Positions 27,654 through 37,047 of a DNA stretch of 64,000 nucleotides are shown one piece after another; the first letter of the stretch is position 1, and the number at the start of each line of letters is the position of its first letter. This DNA comes from Shigella phage vB_SsoM_JK08. The position numbers were made by a program, and so were the translations under genes. The stretch lies in sequence record LR877332; one strand, 5' to 3'. Below the pieces are notes generated by a model. That model ran no database searches. It was not told the DNA's origin and saw nothing but the letters and a program-made list of their open reading frames with translations.

Positions 27654-28191
27654 TTACTATTTCCAAAAGTTTATTATTTTTAAGGTAATTAGCCTTTTCT
27701 AGGACTTCAGAAGCATATTTAGAACCTGCTTTAACATTCCATCCCGAATTATAAGATGATATTGCTTTTCTTATATCGCCCTTATGTATATTTAACCAAT
27801 AAGAAAGTTCAATGTACGCCCAGGAAGCTGAATTGGATCGTTTATTCAACATTCTTTTTATTTCAGCATCGGTCATATTATAACCAAGTTCCTTAACTCT
27901 TGCTCGCATAGTAGGCAAATAATTTTGGAACATTCCATAAGCGTGATGCTTTGGTTTAGATTTTAAATTAACTCCGCCAGAGCTTTCTTGCCATAAAATG
28001 GCTGCCATTATATGGCCTAATCCGCTCTTGTGGATGTTTTTGTGTGTTTTATATTTTCCATCCTTAGAAAATTGTTCCCCGAATTGATACGCGTAACGCA
28101 TGTTATCGAGTTGGACATTACTGAAAGTATGCTCGGAGCTATGTGCCATCATTGAAATGGCCAATAGACCAGCGAGTAGTGCTTTTCTCAT
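27646..28191 (-). CDS. secreted lytic-transglycosylase-like protein
   Basis: 181-aa ORF; signal peptide MRKALLAGLLAISMMAHS; ILWQESSGG...AYGMFQ resembles SLT-domain catalytic Glu-Ser motif. Confidence 0.5.
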   Translation of the reverse strand: MRKALLAGLLAISMMAHSSEHTFSNVQLDNMRYAYQFGEQFSKDGKYKTHKNIHKSGLGHIMAAILWQESSGGVNLKSKPKHHAYGMFQNYLPTMRARVKELGYNMTDAEIKRMLNKRSNSASWAYIELSYWLNIHKGDIRKAISSYNSGWNVKAGSKYASEVLEKANYLKNNKLLEIVND

Positions 28192-28198
28192 GCTTACC

Positions 28199-28660
28199 TC
28201 ATTGAGTTTTAATTACTGCTTTAGAAGCCTTTCCTGGTAAACGACGACTGTTGATAATTGCCATCCTGCATTGAAGTGACGGGTTTTTGAACTTCTCATT
28301 AGGCTTACAAACCGTAAATCCAAGCCAAAGATTTCCATCTGTGATTTCTAAACGTCCAGGACGATATTCAACCCCATCAATAAAATCCTCGTCAATGTCA
28401 GGACGCGGAGGCATACTCAGGAATTCATTAACTTCTAAAACATGGTCTTTTATTTTATGGAATAATTCAAAAACATATGTCTCATCAATCTCCCGTTGAA
28501 TTGCACGATCAAGAAGATGTTGAGAATATTTTAGATGAAACGATGAGACTCCTGCTGCTTTTGATGCCTCACGAATCTCATTGTTAATTTGACGAAACTC
28601 CGACTCAAAATGACGACGAAGCTTATTTCGACGGATAAAAACTTCTGTATTGATAGTCAT
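28199..28660 (-). CDS. regB: endoribonuclease RegB
   Basis: 153-aa ORF matching recalled T4 RegB (MTINTE.FIRRNKLRRHFESEF...); own early promoter upstream. Confidence 0.75.
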   Translation of the reverse strand: MTINTEVFIRRNKLRRHFESEFRQINNEIREASKAAGVSSFHLKYSQHLLDRAIQREIDETYVFELFHKIKDHVLEVNEFLSMPPRPDIDEDFIDGVEYRPGRLEITDGNLWLGFTVCKPNEKFKNPSLQCRMAIINSRRLPGKASKAVIKTQ

Positions 28661-28687
28661 GTTGTTCTCCTCTTAACTGATAGAAAA

Positions 28688-28716
28688 ATTATACCACAGT
28701 CAAGAGGAAAAGTAAA
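28688..28716 (-). promoter_or_regulatory. sigma70-type early promoter (-35 TTTACT, -10 TGgTATAAT)
   Basis: RC of 28688-28693 = TATAAT with TGG; 17-nt spacer to RC of 28711-28716. Confidence 0.55.
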
Positions 28717-28719
28717 CAG

Positions 28720-29040
28720 TTATTCTTTAAATCTAATCAATTTATTCATAGACTTTGAAACTTCTGCACGAACCTCATGTAGATTTTTGAGCTGTTCAAG
28801 ACGCTGCGTATAGTAAGCAATTTCATCTTCTTCGAGACAGTCCTGTGAATCTTCTTTAAGATACCGTGCATAGTCCTGGAAAGCGTTACGGACTACTTCC
28901 TGGAAGTCATCAAGACTTTGAATTTTCTTAGGAGCAGCAGACACACGACGAGGGGCAGTATAATACTCATAACCAAACCCTGCGCTTAATTGAGCCATTA
29001 GTATTTTTCCTCTGGTTGGAACACAGCACGACAAGCCCAC
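28720..29040 (-). CDS. hypothetical protein
   Basis: 106-aa ORF. Confidence 0.45.
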   Translation of the reverse strand: MGLSCCVPTRGKILMAQLSAGFGYEYYTAPRRVSAAPKKIQSLDDFQEVVRNAFQDYARYLKEDSQDCLEEDEIAYYTQRLEQLKNLHEVRAEVSKSMNKLIRFKE

Positions 29041-29264
29041 ATACTGGCTTCTTTGAGTTTCGTTTTAGCAATAGCTAACTGATCGAGGCTTTCAGCATAA
29101 TTCTTCGCGAGTTCAAAGTCTTCGCAATTATCTAGTGCTTCCCAGAATTCATCATATAAAGCATCAAAGATAAGTCCTAAACGAACTTCAGCGTCTTTAA
29201 TAGCATTTACTTTACTGATTTTATCGTCAGTATGTGGTTTATAACCTTTAATGTCTTCAATCAT
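28998..29264 (-). CDS. hypothetical protein
   Basis: 88-aa ORF. Confidence 0.45.
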   Translation of the reverse strand: MIEDIKGYKPHTDDKISKVNAIKDAEVRLGLIFDALYDEFWEALDNCEDFELAKNYAESLDQLAIAKTKLKEASMWACRAVFQPEEKY

Positions 29265-29478
29265 ATTTTACTTCCTCACCTGTTCCCAAATCATATTCAA
29301 CTAAACGAATAGGTTCATGAATGCCATATCCTTGAACAGAAATTTCTGTCGTAGGATAAATTCCATTAATATCACCCATGTTCCATGCTTCGTTAAATTG
29401 CTGTTCGCCTGAATTACTAAACCACTCGGCGAAAGCATTTAGCACATCTTCAGAACCTTCAATAATTATCTTTGCCAT
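29257..29478 (-). CDS. hypothetical acidic protein
   Basis: 73-aa ORF. Confidence 0.45.
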   Translation of the reverse strand: MAKIIIEGSEDVLNAFAEWFSNSGEQQFNEAWNMGDINGIYPTTEISVQGYGIHEPIRLVEYDLGTGEEVKYD

Positions 29479-29840
29479 TACAAACTCTCGGTGAAGGTAC
29501 GAGCGATAACGTCGCGCTGCTGTTCCGGAGTCAGAGAGTTAAAGCGAACTGCATAACCGGATACACGGATGGTCAGCTGCGGATATTTTTCCGGATGCTT
29601 AACTGCATCTTCCAGAGTTTCACGACGCAGAACGTTAACGTTCAGGTGTTGACCACCTTCAATTTTAACTGTAGGCTGTTGCTCAATTTCAATTTCACGG
29701 GCATGCAAACCATAGAAAATTTCTGGGTCTACAAAAGAGTCCTCTTTAAAGGTTTTAGAGACAATAATTCGTGCTTGAATACCATCTTCAAAATAAATAG
29801 TACCTTTATGTGTGCCTTCAAGAATTTGATATGCTTTCAT
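29478..29840 (-). CDS. autonomous glycyl radical cofactor (GrcA/YfiD-like)
   Basis: 120-aa ORF; C-terminal [25 protein letters not shown] matches the pyruvate-formate-lyase glycyl-radical loop (RVSGY). Confidence 0.65.
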   Translation of the reverse strand: MKAYQILEGTHKGTIYFEDGIQARIIVSKTFKEDSFVDPEIFYGLHAREIEIEQQPTVKIEGGQHLNVNVLRRETLEDAVKHPEKYPQLTIRVSGYAVRFNSLTPEQQRDVIARTFTESL

Positions 29841-29846
29841 ATAACC

Positions 29847-30176
29847 TCAATTAGAAAATAAATTTATCCAAGATTGTTCTTTAATTAAAAATGGCTCAGA
29901 ATCATATGCCATTAAACTCTGTGTGATTAGTCCTTTAAAAGGCCCATCAATAAATTCCATGGTAAAATATGGAATTTTATTCATTAGCCGTGCATTAGGA
30001 GCCGTGCACAAAACTCTGCATCCTTTGAATACGCCTTTTTGTAATTTGTATTGCTTGGGATAAAATTCGCTCAAAATGTTATTTTTTGCCAAAATTTCAA
30101 AATGATTCACCAATTTATTTTTAATAGTTTTTGGCGAAAAATAAAGATATTCGAAAAGCTGAGTGTCTGTCATCAT
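29847..30176 (-). CDS. hypothetical protein (start at internal ATG 30176)
   Basis: ORF-track 29847..30227; ATGA overlap with the upstream stop at 30173-30176 supports the internal start. Confidence 0.45.
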   Translation of the reverse strand: MMTDTQLFEYLYFSPKTIKNKLVNHFEILAKNNILSEFYPKQYKLQKGVFKGCRVLCTAPNARLMNKIPYFTMEFIDGPFKGLITQSLMAYDSEPFLIKEQSWINLFSN

Positions 30177-30760
30177 TGCATTCCGATTACGAAAAACTGT
30201 GGACGAGTAATACCACCAATGCAACATTTAATATTACAGCAGCAGTGTACAGTGTCAATATGGACACTATAAATCTTATCCATATCAGGAGATTTGACAG
30301 GCTCATCAATTATATACAAAATTCGCGAAAGCGATAAACCTCTGAACTTGCTTCCTTTATTACCAATAAAACTGCGCACAGAATCAGTAAATAAACGAAA
30401 ACGTATATCATCATTAGAATAACGCGAAAATTCCTTTTTAATATTATCTGCGGAAATTTTAGCGTAAGCTGAAGTATTAGAAAGAACAATAACTGTTCCA
30501 CCGTCATACAACCAATTAGCGGCAAAATTAGTTACTGCAGTTGATTTACCAGATTGACGCCCACCATCTAGTCGAAGTGTACAATACTGTTTAAGTAAGT
30601 CTTCAAATGGCGGGATATATTCGTTTTTACAAATTTCTTCTACTCTAGCATCAGAATGGTGTGTAAAAGCATTCATCAGGGATAGATAAGGACCAGTTAA
30701 AAATGTTCTCATTTTGTTCTCTCTAGGTTTGGGCCATTCCATGGCGCATGAATTGTCCAT
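30173..30760 (-). CDS. P-loop NTPase-like protein
   Basis: 195-aa ORF; Walker A GGRQSGKST; hydrophobic Asp-Glu stretch ILYIIDEP. Confidence 0.5.
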   Translation of the reverse strand: MDNSCAMEWPKPRENKMRTFLTGPYLSLMNAFTHHSDARVEEICKNEYIPPFEDLLKQYCTLRLDGGRQSGKSTAVTNFAANWLYDGGTVIVLSNTSAYAKISADNIKKEFSRYSNDDIRFRLFTDSVRSFIGNKGSKFRGLSLSRILYIIDEPVKSPDMDKIYSVHIDTVHCCCNIKCCIGGITRPQFFVIGMQ

Positions 30761-30857
30761 TTCTGTATTTACCCATTACCGCACTTGGGCTCGACCTTAT
30801 TACAGGTTGGCGGGAATCCCTCACAGAATCATGAGGTCCAGGTTATTCCCATGTTAT

Positions 30858-31274
30858 TTAAATGTAAATATTTTTGCCGTAATACTTATACCAGTGTGGC
30901 TTCATTAAAATTTTTTCATCGAGTCGTTGTTGACTCAACTTAATAGCTGATTTGCATGGATTATAATCATTTTTCCATTCTACTGGAATATCGCTGATGT
31001 CAGGAACTTCAGTATCTTTTATACTGAACCCGCGTTTTAAGCATTCCGTTATAATGTCCGATTGACGCTTTCGCAAAAATTCTAACTTATCGTAAAAGAA
31101 AGTAACATGACCAGAACCTAAAATAAATTTAGAAGATATTTTAAAATCTTTAACGCGCTTACCGTTTGCCACATGCTTACGAACTATACCAAAAACACGC
31201 GGCAATTCACGGTATTCTGCGATTAAATGTTGATCAGCAAGTTCAGATACTAAAGTCAAATTAATACGAGTCAT
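30858..31274 (-). CDS. denV: endonuclease V (pyrimidine dimer DNA glycosylase)
   Basis: 138-aa ORF matching recalled T4 endonuclease V over full length. Confidence 0.9.
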   Translation of the reverse strand: MTRINLTLVSELADQHLIAEYRELPRVFGIVRKHVANGKRVKDFKISSKFILGSGHVTFFYDKLEFLRKRQSDIITECLKRGFSIKDTEVPDISDIPVEWKNDYNPCKSAIKLSQQRLDEKILMKPHWYKYYGKNIYI

Positions 31275-31299
31275 TTTATCCCTCCAAGTAACTGTGAAT

Positions 31300-31328
31300 A
31301 TATTATCACAATTCTAGGAGAAAGTAAA
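31300..31328 (-). promoter_or_regulatory. sigma70-type promoter (-35 TTTACT, -10 TGaTAATAT)
   Basis: RC of 31300-31305 = TAATAT with TGA; 17-nt spacer. Confidence 0.45.
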
Positions 31329-31333
31329 CAACT

Positions 31334-31864
<531 letters not shown>

Positions 31865-32320
31865 TTAAAAGAGGCTGTTCATTATTCGGTAAAGTGAAGG
31901 ACCCATCACATATTGCCACTGAGTACGAGGAATAAGAGCAAAAGCATCCATCTCTGGAATCATAACGCCATCTTTATTTTCAAAATAAGACTCGCAATGG
32001 CAATTTCTAAACATCTCATGCTCTACTGGAATCGTATAATAAAATAACTGTAAGTCTTTATTACTAGAATATTTAAATACACCTAGGTCTTCTAGAAGGT
32101 CTGGATTATAATTGCTAAAACCGGTCTCTTCTAAGCATTCTCTTTTTGCAGCTTCCAGTGCATTCAAATCAGAACTTTCTACGCGGCCCTTTGGAATATC
32201 CCAGCGATGTGCCATCATTCCAGGCTTACGAGAACCAGTAACCCGACCCATAAATAAATCTTTATCTTCTGTCATAAAGATAATACCAGCTGATAGTGTT
32301 TTCATTTTAATTTCCTGCAT
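31865..32320 (-). CDS. nudE: Nudix hydrolase
   Basis: 151-aa ORF; Nudix-box-like RECLEETGF. Confidence 0.75.
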   Translation of the reverse strand: MQEIKMKTLSAGIIFMTEDKDLFMGRVTGSRKPGMMAHRWDIPKGRVESSDLNALEAAKRECLEETGFSNYNPDLLEDLGVFKYSSNKDLQLFYYTIPVEHEMFRNCHCESYFENKDGVMIPEMDAFALIPRTQWQYVMGPSLYRIMNSLF

Positions 32321-32790
32321 TCAGTGATAAAGTTATTTAAATTTTGAGTATATTTCTTTTCATCAAAAATCTTTTGTTGTCTGCGTAAACGCCATGGCAT
32401 TTCAATGAACATACGCCATATTCCTGATAATACTGCTGCTGTAAAAATATTAACAAGTATAGTTAAAAGAACCCAATCTCCTATTCTGTCCATTGGATTT
32501 TTTATAAAAAAGTAAAATACGAACGATGATATAGGAAGACTAATGATATACCACAGAAGAACCTTCTTATCTGTGAACCAATCAGCATTCGTTAACTTAG
32601 CGCGACCGTTTTGAATACATACGAACTTATCATCTGTTACAGTAAATGGCTTAGCTGCTTGATATCCCATTCTAAACTCCCTAATCAACAAATTTTTCAT
32701 ATCTTCGGAACAACCATTCCAGTCAACTCTATCAACTGAAATGCCATCATCCCCATCATCTAAATCATACCAGCGAGTTTTTAAAATCAT
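32302..32790 (-). CDS. membrane protein
   Basis: 162-aa ORF with two hydrophobic helices. Confidence 0.5.
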   Translation of the reverse strand: MILKTRWYDLDDGDDGISVDRVDWNGCSEDMKNLLIREFRMGYQAAKPFTVTDDKFVCIQNGRAKLTNADWFTDKKVLLWYIISLPISSFVFYFFIKNPMDRIGDWVLLTILVNIFTAAVLSGIWRMFIEMPWRLRRQQKIFDEKKYTQNLNNFITECRKLK

Positions 32791-33149
32791 TTAATTTTCC
32801 TACAATCACTCACAAACTCTTTCATTGACTCATTTTCAATATAAGACATGTAGCTATTATATTCTTTTAATTGTATTTTGTAATCCTTTTTTCTTTGCCA
32901 ATTTATTTTAAAATTATCATAATGAAAATATAACATGGTACCAAAGAATGAAAATAATGAAATCGCTATAGTAAAACGAAGTTCACTCCAAACCTCTGTT
33001 ATAATTACTGTGCCGTCGATATTTAAAATAAAACAGTCAATTAACAATCCAATAAGACTACCCGCAAGAGCTGTAAATACTGATACAGCAAGAATTAATA
33101 GTGCCTCAGGAAACGAATATTTGACTTTATTTAGTTTTGGCTTTTGCAT
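32787..33149 (-). CDS. membrane protein
   Basis: 120-aa ORF with two TM segments. Confidence 0.5.
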   Translation of the reverse strand: MQKPKLNKVKYSFPEALLILAVSVFTALAGSLIGLLIDCFILNIDGTVIITEVWSELRFTIAISLFSFFGTMLYFHYDNFKINWQRKKDYKIQLKEYNSYMSYIENESMKEFVSDCRKIK

Positions 33150-33544
33150 CGTGATTCCTTAACAAATTTCATAATTTCATCAAATTCATACATATCTAGC
33201 TTAAGCTGGTGTTCCTTTTTAATCTTTTTACACTGAGCTTTCCAATCACGTACACGTTTACGATAATGTCTTCCTTGATACCAGTATCCTACCCAATTTA
33301 CGGGTACTAATAAAAGTGGAACTATTAATGGAAGAATTAGCATTAACACAAGTATTTCGCCAGAATCAATATCAGTCATAACATCTAAAACACCTCCAAT
33401 AATCAATAGAATTACAAATGATATGAGTATAACAGGACCTATTAACACATCAGTAGAAATTATCTGACGCTTTGGTTCATACTTCACAGGTTTACTTGGA
33501 AGGTATAGTGATGGTTTTGACATATTCTCTACATTCCTTAACAA
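33131..33544 (-). CDS. membrane protein
   Basis: 137-aa ORF with TM segments. Confidence 0.5.
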   Translation of the reverse strand: MLRNVENMSKPSLYLPSKPVKYEPKRQIISTDVLIGPVILISFVILLIIGGVLDVMTDIDSGEILVLMLILPLIVPLLLVPVNWVGYWYQGRHYRKRVRDWKAQCKKIKKEHQLKLDMYEFDEIMKFVKESRCKSQN

Positions 33545-34106
33545 ATTTTTCTAGTAATAAATCACTTTCAAAATTGGGATTTTCTACAAATTTATCAAAA
33601 AGATCATCAACAATAGTTAAGATATTCTTTTTACTAAGAATACGTTTATTTTCATGCTTCGTTTCAGAATCAACTATAAGAGTAAAGAAATATTTCTTGC
33701 CCTGAAATTTTACAGTAGTATCAATATAAAATAAATTTGACTTTTGTAAATTACGTTTAAACCATGCGTCACTTAAACTATAAACACCGAGATAATCAAA
33801 ATCGTCGTTTAAATAACAAACCGTCCATTCAGGAGAAATGAAATCAGTAAATTCAACATCAAAATCACACGTCAATGAATGAATTGATTCAATACTGTTA
33901 ATGAGTATTCCAGGACGTATTAAAGACTTTTTACCTCTAGAAAATCTTCCGGAAAGGCTTTCATCAGTTTCATATGAAGACCCCCAATAGTAATTACGTC
34001 CTTCTGCCATGCGTTTAAGAGCATTTAGTAATTGGTCTGGAACATCAACCTGTCTTTGGAACTCTTCAAACATTGAATTGAAATCACTTTGCATTTTCAT
34101 TTTCAT
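33492..34106 (-). CDS. hypothetical protein
   Basis: 204-aa ORF (start may be internal; overlaps downstream by 53 nt). Confidence 0.5.
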   Translation of the reverse strand: MKMKMQSDFNSMFEEFQRQVDVPDQLLNALKRMAEGRNYYWGSSYETDESLSGRFSRGKKSLIRPGILINSIESIHSLTCDFDVEFTDFISPEWTVCYLNDDFDYLGVYSLSDAWFKRNLQKSNLFYIDTTVKFQGKKYFFTLIVDSETKHENKRILSKKNILTIVDDLFDKFVENPNFESDLLLEKFVKECREYVKTITIPSK

Positions 34107-34116
34107 TCCTATTTAC

Positions 34117-34140
34117 TCCAAGTATAAGGGGCCGAAGCCC
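34117..34140 (-). terminator. UUCG hairpin (terminator-like)
   Basis: ataagggg-ccgaag-ccccttat perfect inverted repeat. Confidence 0.35.
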
Positions 34141-34147
34141 CTTATCA

Positions 34148-34741
34148 TTATTTCAGAGAATTAATGTATTCCTGAACATCGGCAGAGGTAGTTTCAACCC
34201 CAGAAATATTACCGTTAAAGGTTTCAACTCGAGCAAGGGTATCTTCAATATCAACCTTAGTCAGTGCTGCAATTTCAACTACATCATCAGCAGTACTAAT
34301 TCCAAGGGCATTTGCTGCACGAGTTTCACGGATATATTCCAATTTAACCGCAAGTTCTTGACGAGCATCATCTAACTCAACTACTTTCTTGGCGATTTCA
34401 ATTCGCATTTCAGCATAACCGTCAGCCTTAGTAGTCAACTGCTCAGCTGTTCGACGATATAGTAAACCGAGTTTAGCATGCATTGTTACATCTTGGCCTT
34501 CGGAAAGAAGTTTACGAATTTCACGCTCTTTTGATTCGGCCTGTCGATTCTTTTCGATAACAAGTTCACGAATACGTTTTTCTTCGTTAATAGATTTAAC
34601 AGAAGCAGTTTTTAGATCTTTAATTTTATCAAGTAGTTTTGCTGCTGCAGCAGTATACTGTTCTTCGACAGATAGATTTTTAGCCATAGCAGAACCAAGT
34701 TTAGTGCGAATAAACTCAACAATTTTCTTCAGTGTGTTCAT
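34148..34741 (-). CDS. coiled-coil protein with PspA/IM30-like architecture
   Basis: 197-aa ORF, continuous heptad-rich helix; composition resembles phage-shock protein A family. Confidence 0.4.
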   Translation of the reverse strand: MNTLKKIVEFIRTKLGSAMAKNLSVEEQYTAAAAKLLDKIKDLKTASVKSINEEKRIRELVIEKNRQAESKEREIRKLLSEGQDVTMHAKLGLLYRRTAEQLTTKADGYAEMRIEIAKKVVELDDARQELAVKLEYIRETRAANALGISTADDVVEIAALTKVDIEDTLARVETFNGNISGVETTSADVQEYINSLK

Positions 34742-34842
34742 AGTATTTCCTTAGGTTAATTGAGATTTAAAATCCGTAGGAGTATAATACTCTATCGTCA
34801 AATTATAGGCTCATAATATCTCAATCATGAGCCTGCGTAAAC

Positions 34843-35106
34843 TTATTTCATATTATTGAAATATTCTTCTGCGATTTCGTCGTTATCATGGTAAACTTTA
34901 GAAGACAGTTTAACATAACCTTCTGCTGTGAACATATTAATCACAACTTTTACAGTATACCACTGACCGTCTTCATTACCCATTACTGCGTAAGTTTCAA
35001 ACATCGGATGATCAGGACCGATAACTTTAATATCATTCACTGTACGACCGAAATCTTCTGAAACGCATTTCATAAAGAAGTTGAACAGTTCGCCGTAATT
35101 ATCCAT
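34843..35106 (-). CDS. hypothetical protein (88 aa; start refined downstream of promoter)
   Basis: ORF-track 34843..35226; early promoter -10 at 35150 lies inside the long ORF; ATG 35106 has a GGAG RBS. Confidence 0.45.
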   Translation of the reverse strand: MDNYGELFNFFMKCVSEDFGRTVNDIKVIGPDHPMFETYAVMGNEDGQWYTVKVVINMFTAEGYVKLSSKVYHDNDEIAEEYFNNMK

Positions 35107-35149
35107 TTCATTCTCCAAGTTGTTTTCTGTATCAGTAGTTGATAGTTGT

Positions 35150-35178
35150 ATAGTACCATGGAAGAACAGAGATGTAAA
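35150..35178 (-). promoter_or_regulatory. sigma70-type early promoter (-35 GTTTACA, -10 TGgTACTAT)
   Basis: RC of 35173-35178 = TTTACA, 17-nt spacer, RC of 35150-35155 = TACTAT; A-rich UP element. Confidence 0.5.
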
Positions 35179-35302
35179 CAGTTTTGTGAAAAAATTTTTA
35201 GGGAATTCTAGGGCAGGGATGGGCAATTAAAGGATAGGATAATATATTATAAAGGGTATAAACTAAATGATGCCTAGAGAGGTCCAGAAAGGCCTAGATA
35301 CC

Positions 35303-35327
35303 AAAAAGCCCTATCATTTAGATAGGG
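35303..35327 (-). terminator. intrinsic terminator
   Basis: ccctatc-attta-gataggg hairpin with A-run 35303-35307 (U-run on minus). Confidence 0.5.
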
Positions 35328-35335
35328 ATTTAAAA

Positions 35336-35899
35336 TTATTTACCTAGTTTACTTATTATAGCTTCTGCAGCAGCTTTTAGCTTAGATGCAGTGTTAATAC
35401 GATTTTTAATTTCAGTATACGCATCGCCAAGAACATCAAGGCTATCAGAATAAACACTTACACTATTGCGTTCGCTATTTGAAATAGAACCTTTAGTTTT
35501 GCGGTCAAAATCGGTGTACACGTCTTGAAGATCGCGGGCTGCCTTCTTTGCATCATCCAATGCATCAAGAGCTTTATTCAAAGCATTAACGTATTTTTTA
35601 GTGTCGAACATATTCTTAGAAATTTTAACAGGTGCGCGTTCAGGAGTAGCTAACACAGATTTAGGAACCTGAGCGCCAGATGCCAATTTCTTAGAAATTT
35701 TGAAAAATGCTTTATTGAATTTATTTTCTTGACTCATTGTAAAAGAACTATTATCGATGTTGTACATTTCAATAGCTTTAGCTTTCCACTTAAGAAAATC
35801 GCCGCGGTCTTTTGGGTCCAATTGGAAGAATACTTTAGTAAGATCTGCTTCAGATGGTAATTTTGCTGCTTCGGTTAAAAATTCGGCATAGGTTTTCAT
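35336..35899 (-). CDS. internal-protein-like protein with capsid-targeting N-terminus
   Basis: 187-aa ORF; N-terminus MKTYAEFLTE resembles the T4 internal-protein targeting sequence MKTYQEFIAE with an LxE protease-site motif. Confidence 0.55.
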   Translation of the reverse strand: MKTYAEFLTEAAKLPSEADLTKVFFQLDPKDRGDFLKWKAKAIEMYNIDNSSFTMSQENKFNKAFFKISKKLASGAQVPKSVLATPERAPVKISKNMFDTKKYVNALNKALDALDDAKKAARDLQDVYTDFDRKTKGSISNSERNSVSVYSDSLDVLGDAYTEIKNRINTASKLKAAAEAIISKLGK

Positions 35900-35989
35900 T
35901 TAAAATCCTTGAAATAATTTATCGGTTGGTTATTAATTATTTATTACTTTGTTACTATCCGTAACAGCGTTATCCGAGTGATTCAAACT

Positions 35990-36016
35990 AAAAAGCCCCA
36001 ACCTTTCGGTCGGGGC
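35990..36016 (-). terminator. intrinsic terminator (GAAA-loop hairpin + U-run), copy 1
   Basis: gccccaacc-tttc-ggtcggggc with A-run; identical copy at 36545-36572. Confidence 0.6.
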
Positions 36017-36024
36017 TAAGAATG

Positions 36025-36498
36025 TCATTTGATTTGTTTAGCAGACCAAATGCGGTCTTTAATAATTTTTTGGATGTCTTCAACATACTCAAGAGAGTGA
36101 ACATGTGGATTATCTTTGAAACTATAAGCACGGGCTAACTTTTGGCCTTCGGTTTTGATTACTAAAAGCTCTTTAAGGATAGCTTCATATTTGGAGATAA
36201 TTCCTTTAACAATATTTTTCTCTTGTGTGACTTTAGGATCTTCTTTAGGAGCAGGTTTACCTGAAGCCTTTGCAAAAGCAGCTCCAGTAGCAACTAAACT
36301 TTTCCAAGCCATACTAACTGCATTCCCTGTAAATCCTTCGGCTTTCATATCACGAGCAAATTGGAATCGTGATTCATCGGAAGCATCTTTATAGGAATAT
36401 TTACCCGCGGCAATGGCAGCTTTTGCAACAGCTTGAATTTCAGTGCTAGATGCTTCATTTAACACCGCTTCATTTAAAAATTGAGTATATGATTTCAT
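36025..36498 (-). CDS. internal-protein-like protein with capsid-targeting N-terminus
   Basis: 157-aa ORF; N-terminus MKSYTQFLNE; late promoter upstream. Confidence 0.55.
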   Translation of the reverse strand: MKSYTQFLNEAVLNEASSTEIQAVAKAAIAAGKYSYKDASDESRFQFARDMKAEGFTGNAVSMAWKSLVATGAAFAKASGKPAPKEDPKVTQEKNIVKGIISKYEAILKELLVIKTEGQKLARAYSFKDNPHVHSLEYVEDIQKIIKDRIWSAKQIK

Positions 36499-36534
36499 CT
36501 TATTTCCTGTTTTAATTCGGGGTTTTAATATACT

Positions 36535-36542
36535 TATTTATA
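36535..36542 (-). promoter_or_regulatory. late promoter TATAAATA
   Basis: RC of 36535-36542 = TATAAATA, about 37 nt upstream of the ATG at 36498. Confidence 0.55.
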
Positions 36543-36544
36543 CT

Positions 36545-36572
36545 AAAAAGCCCCAACCTTTCGGTCGGGGCT
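36545..36572 (-). terminator. intrinsic terminator, copy 2 (ends the tRNA/stable-RNA transcript)
   Basis: same hairpin sequence as 35990-36016. Confidence 0.6.
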
Positions 36573-36579
36573 AAGCCTT

Positions 36580-36885
36580 GCGGCAACCTTGTCGGGGTTC
36601 CACCTTCTAAGGCAAGTGTTTGTACGAAACGCCGGGATTCGAACCCGGTTATTAAGCAGTTGACGCTACTCAATATTTTTAAAAGGCCATATCTCGACCA
36701 TATCCGAACGTTCCGTCAAAAACGCTACTCGGCTTACGGCAAAGATATTTCCTCGAATCGATAATTCGGTGCGCCGTTTCTGCTGTGATATAAGGGGACA
36801 TTAACAAAACATAAAGATTTATTAATACCAGTCCTTAAACAGGGAACATCAGTCCGACGACTTGCCGGTAGCGACCCGGCTTCTT
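36580..36885 (-). ncRNA. candidate stable small RNA region with a tRNA-like T-arm (cf. T4 stable RNA species 1/2)
   Basis: non-coding stretch between tRNA-Arg and the terminator; T-arm-like ccggg-attcgaa-cccgg at 36632-36648 preceded by a 7-nt acceptor-like segment with a near-complement about 150 nt away. Confidence 0.3.
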
Positions 36886-36888
36886 GTC

Positions 36889-36964
36889 TGGTCGAGGCAG
36901 TAGGGATCGAACCTACGACCCAGGACTTAGAAGGTCCTTGCTCTTCCTTCTGAGCTATGCCTCG
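36889..36964 (-). tRNA. tRNA-Arg (anticodon UCU), CCA encoded
   Basis: manual cloverleaf: acceptor cgaggca/tgcctcg, T-arm gtagg-gatcgaa-cctac, anticodon loop CUUCUAA. Confidence 0.8.
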
Positions 36965-36968
36965 TATT

Positions 36969-37043
36969 TGGCGGACGTGATAGGATTCGAACCTATAACC
37001 AATCGCTTAACAGGCGATCGCTCTGCCATTGAGCTACACATCC
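36969..37043 (-). tRNA. tRNA-Asn (anticodon GUU), CCA encoded
   Basis: manual cloverleaf with 4-bp D stem, GG in D loop, anticodon loop CUGUUAA, T loop UUCGAAU. Confidence 0.65.
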
Positions 37044-37047
37044 AAAT

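Noticed and set aside
31275-31333. Possible missing internal-protein genes (ipII/ipIII) between denV and e
   Set aside because: Only 59 bp separate the two genes and they contain a promoter-like element, so there is no room for a gene. Their absence is a real difference from T4, not an annotation gap.
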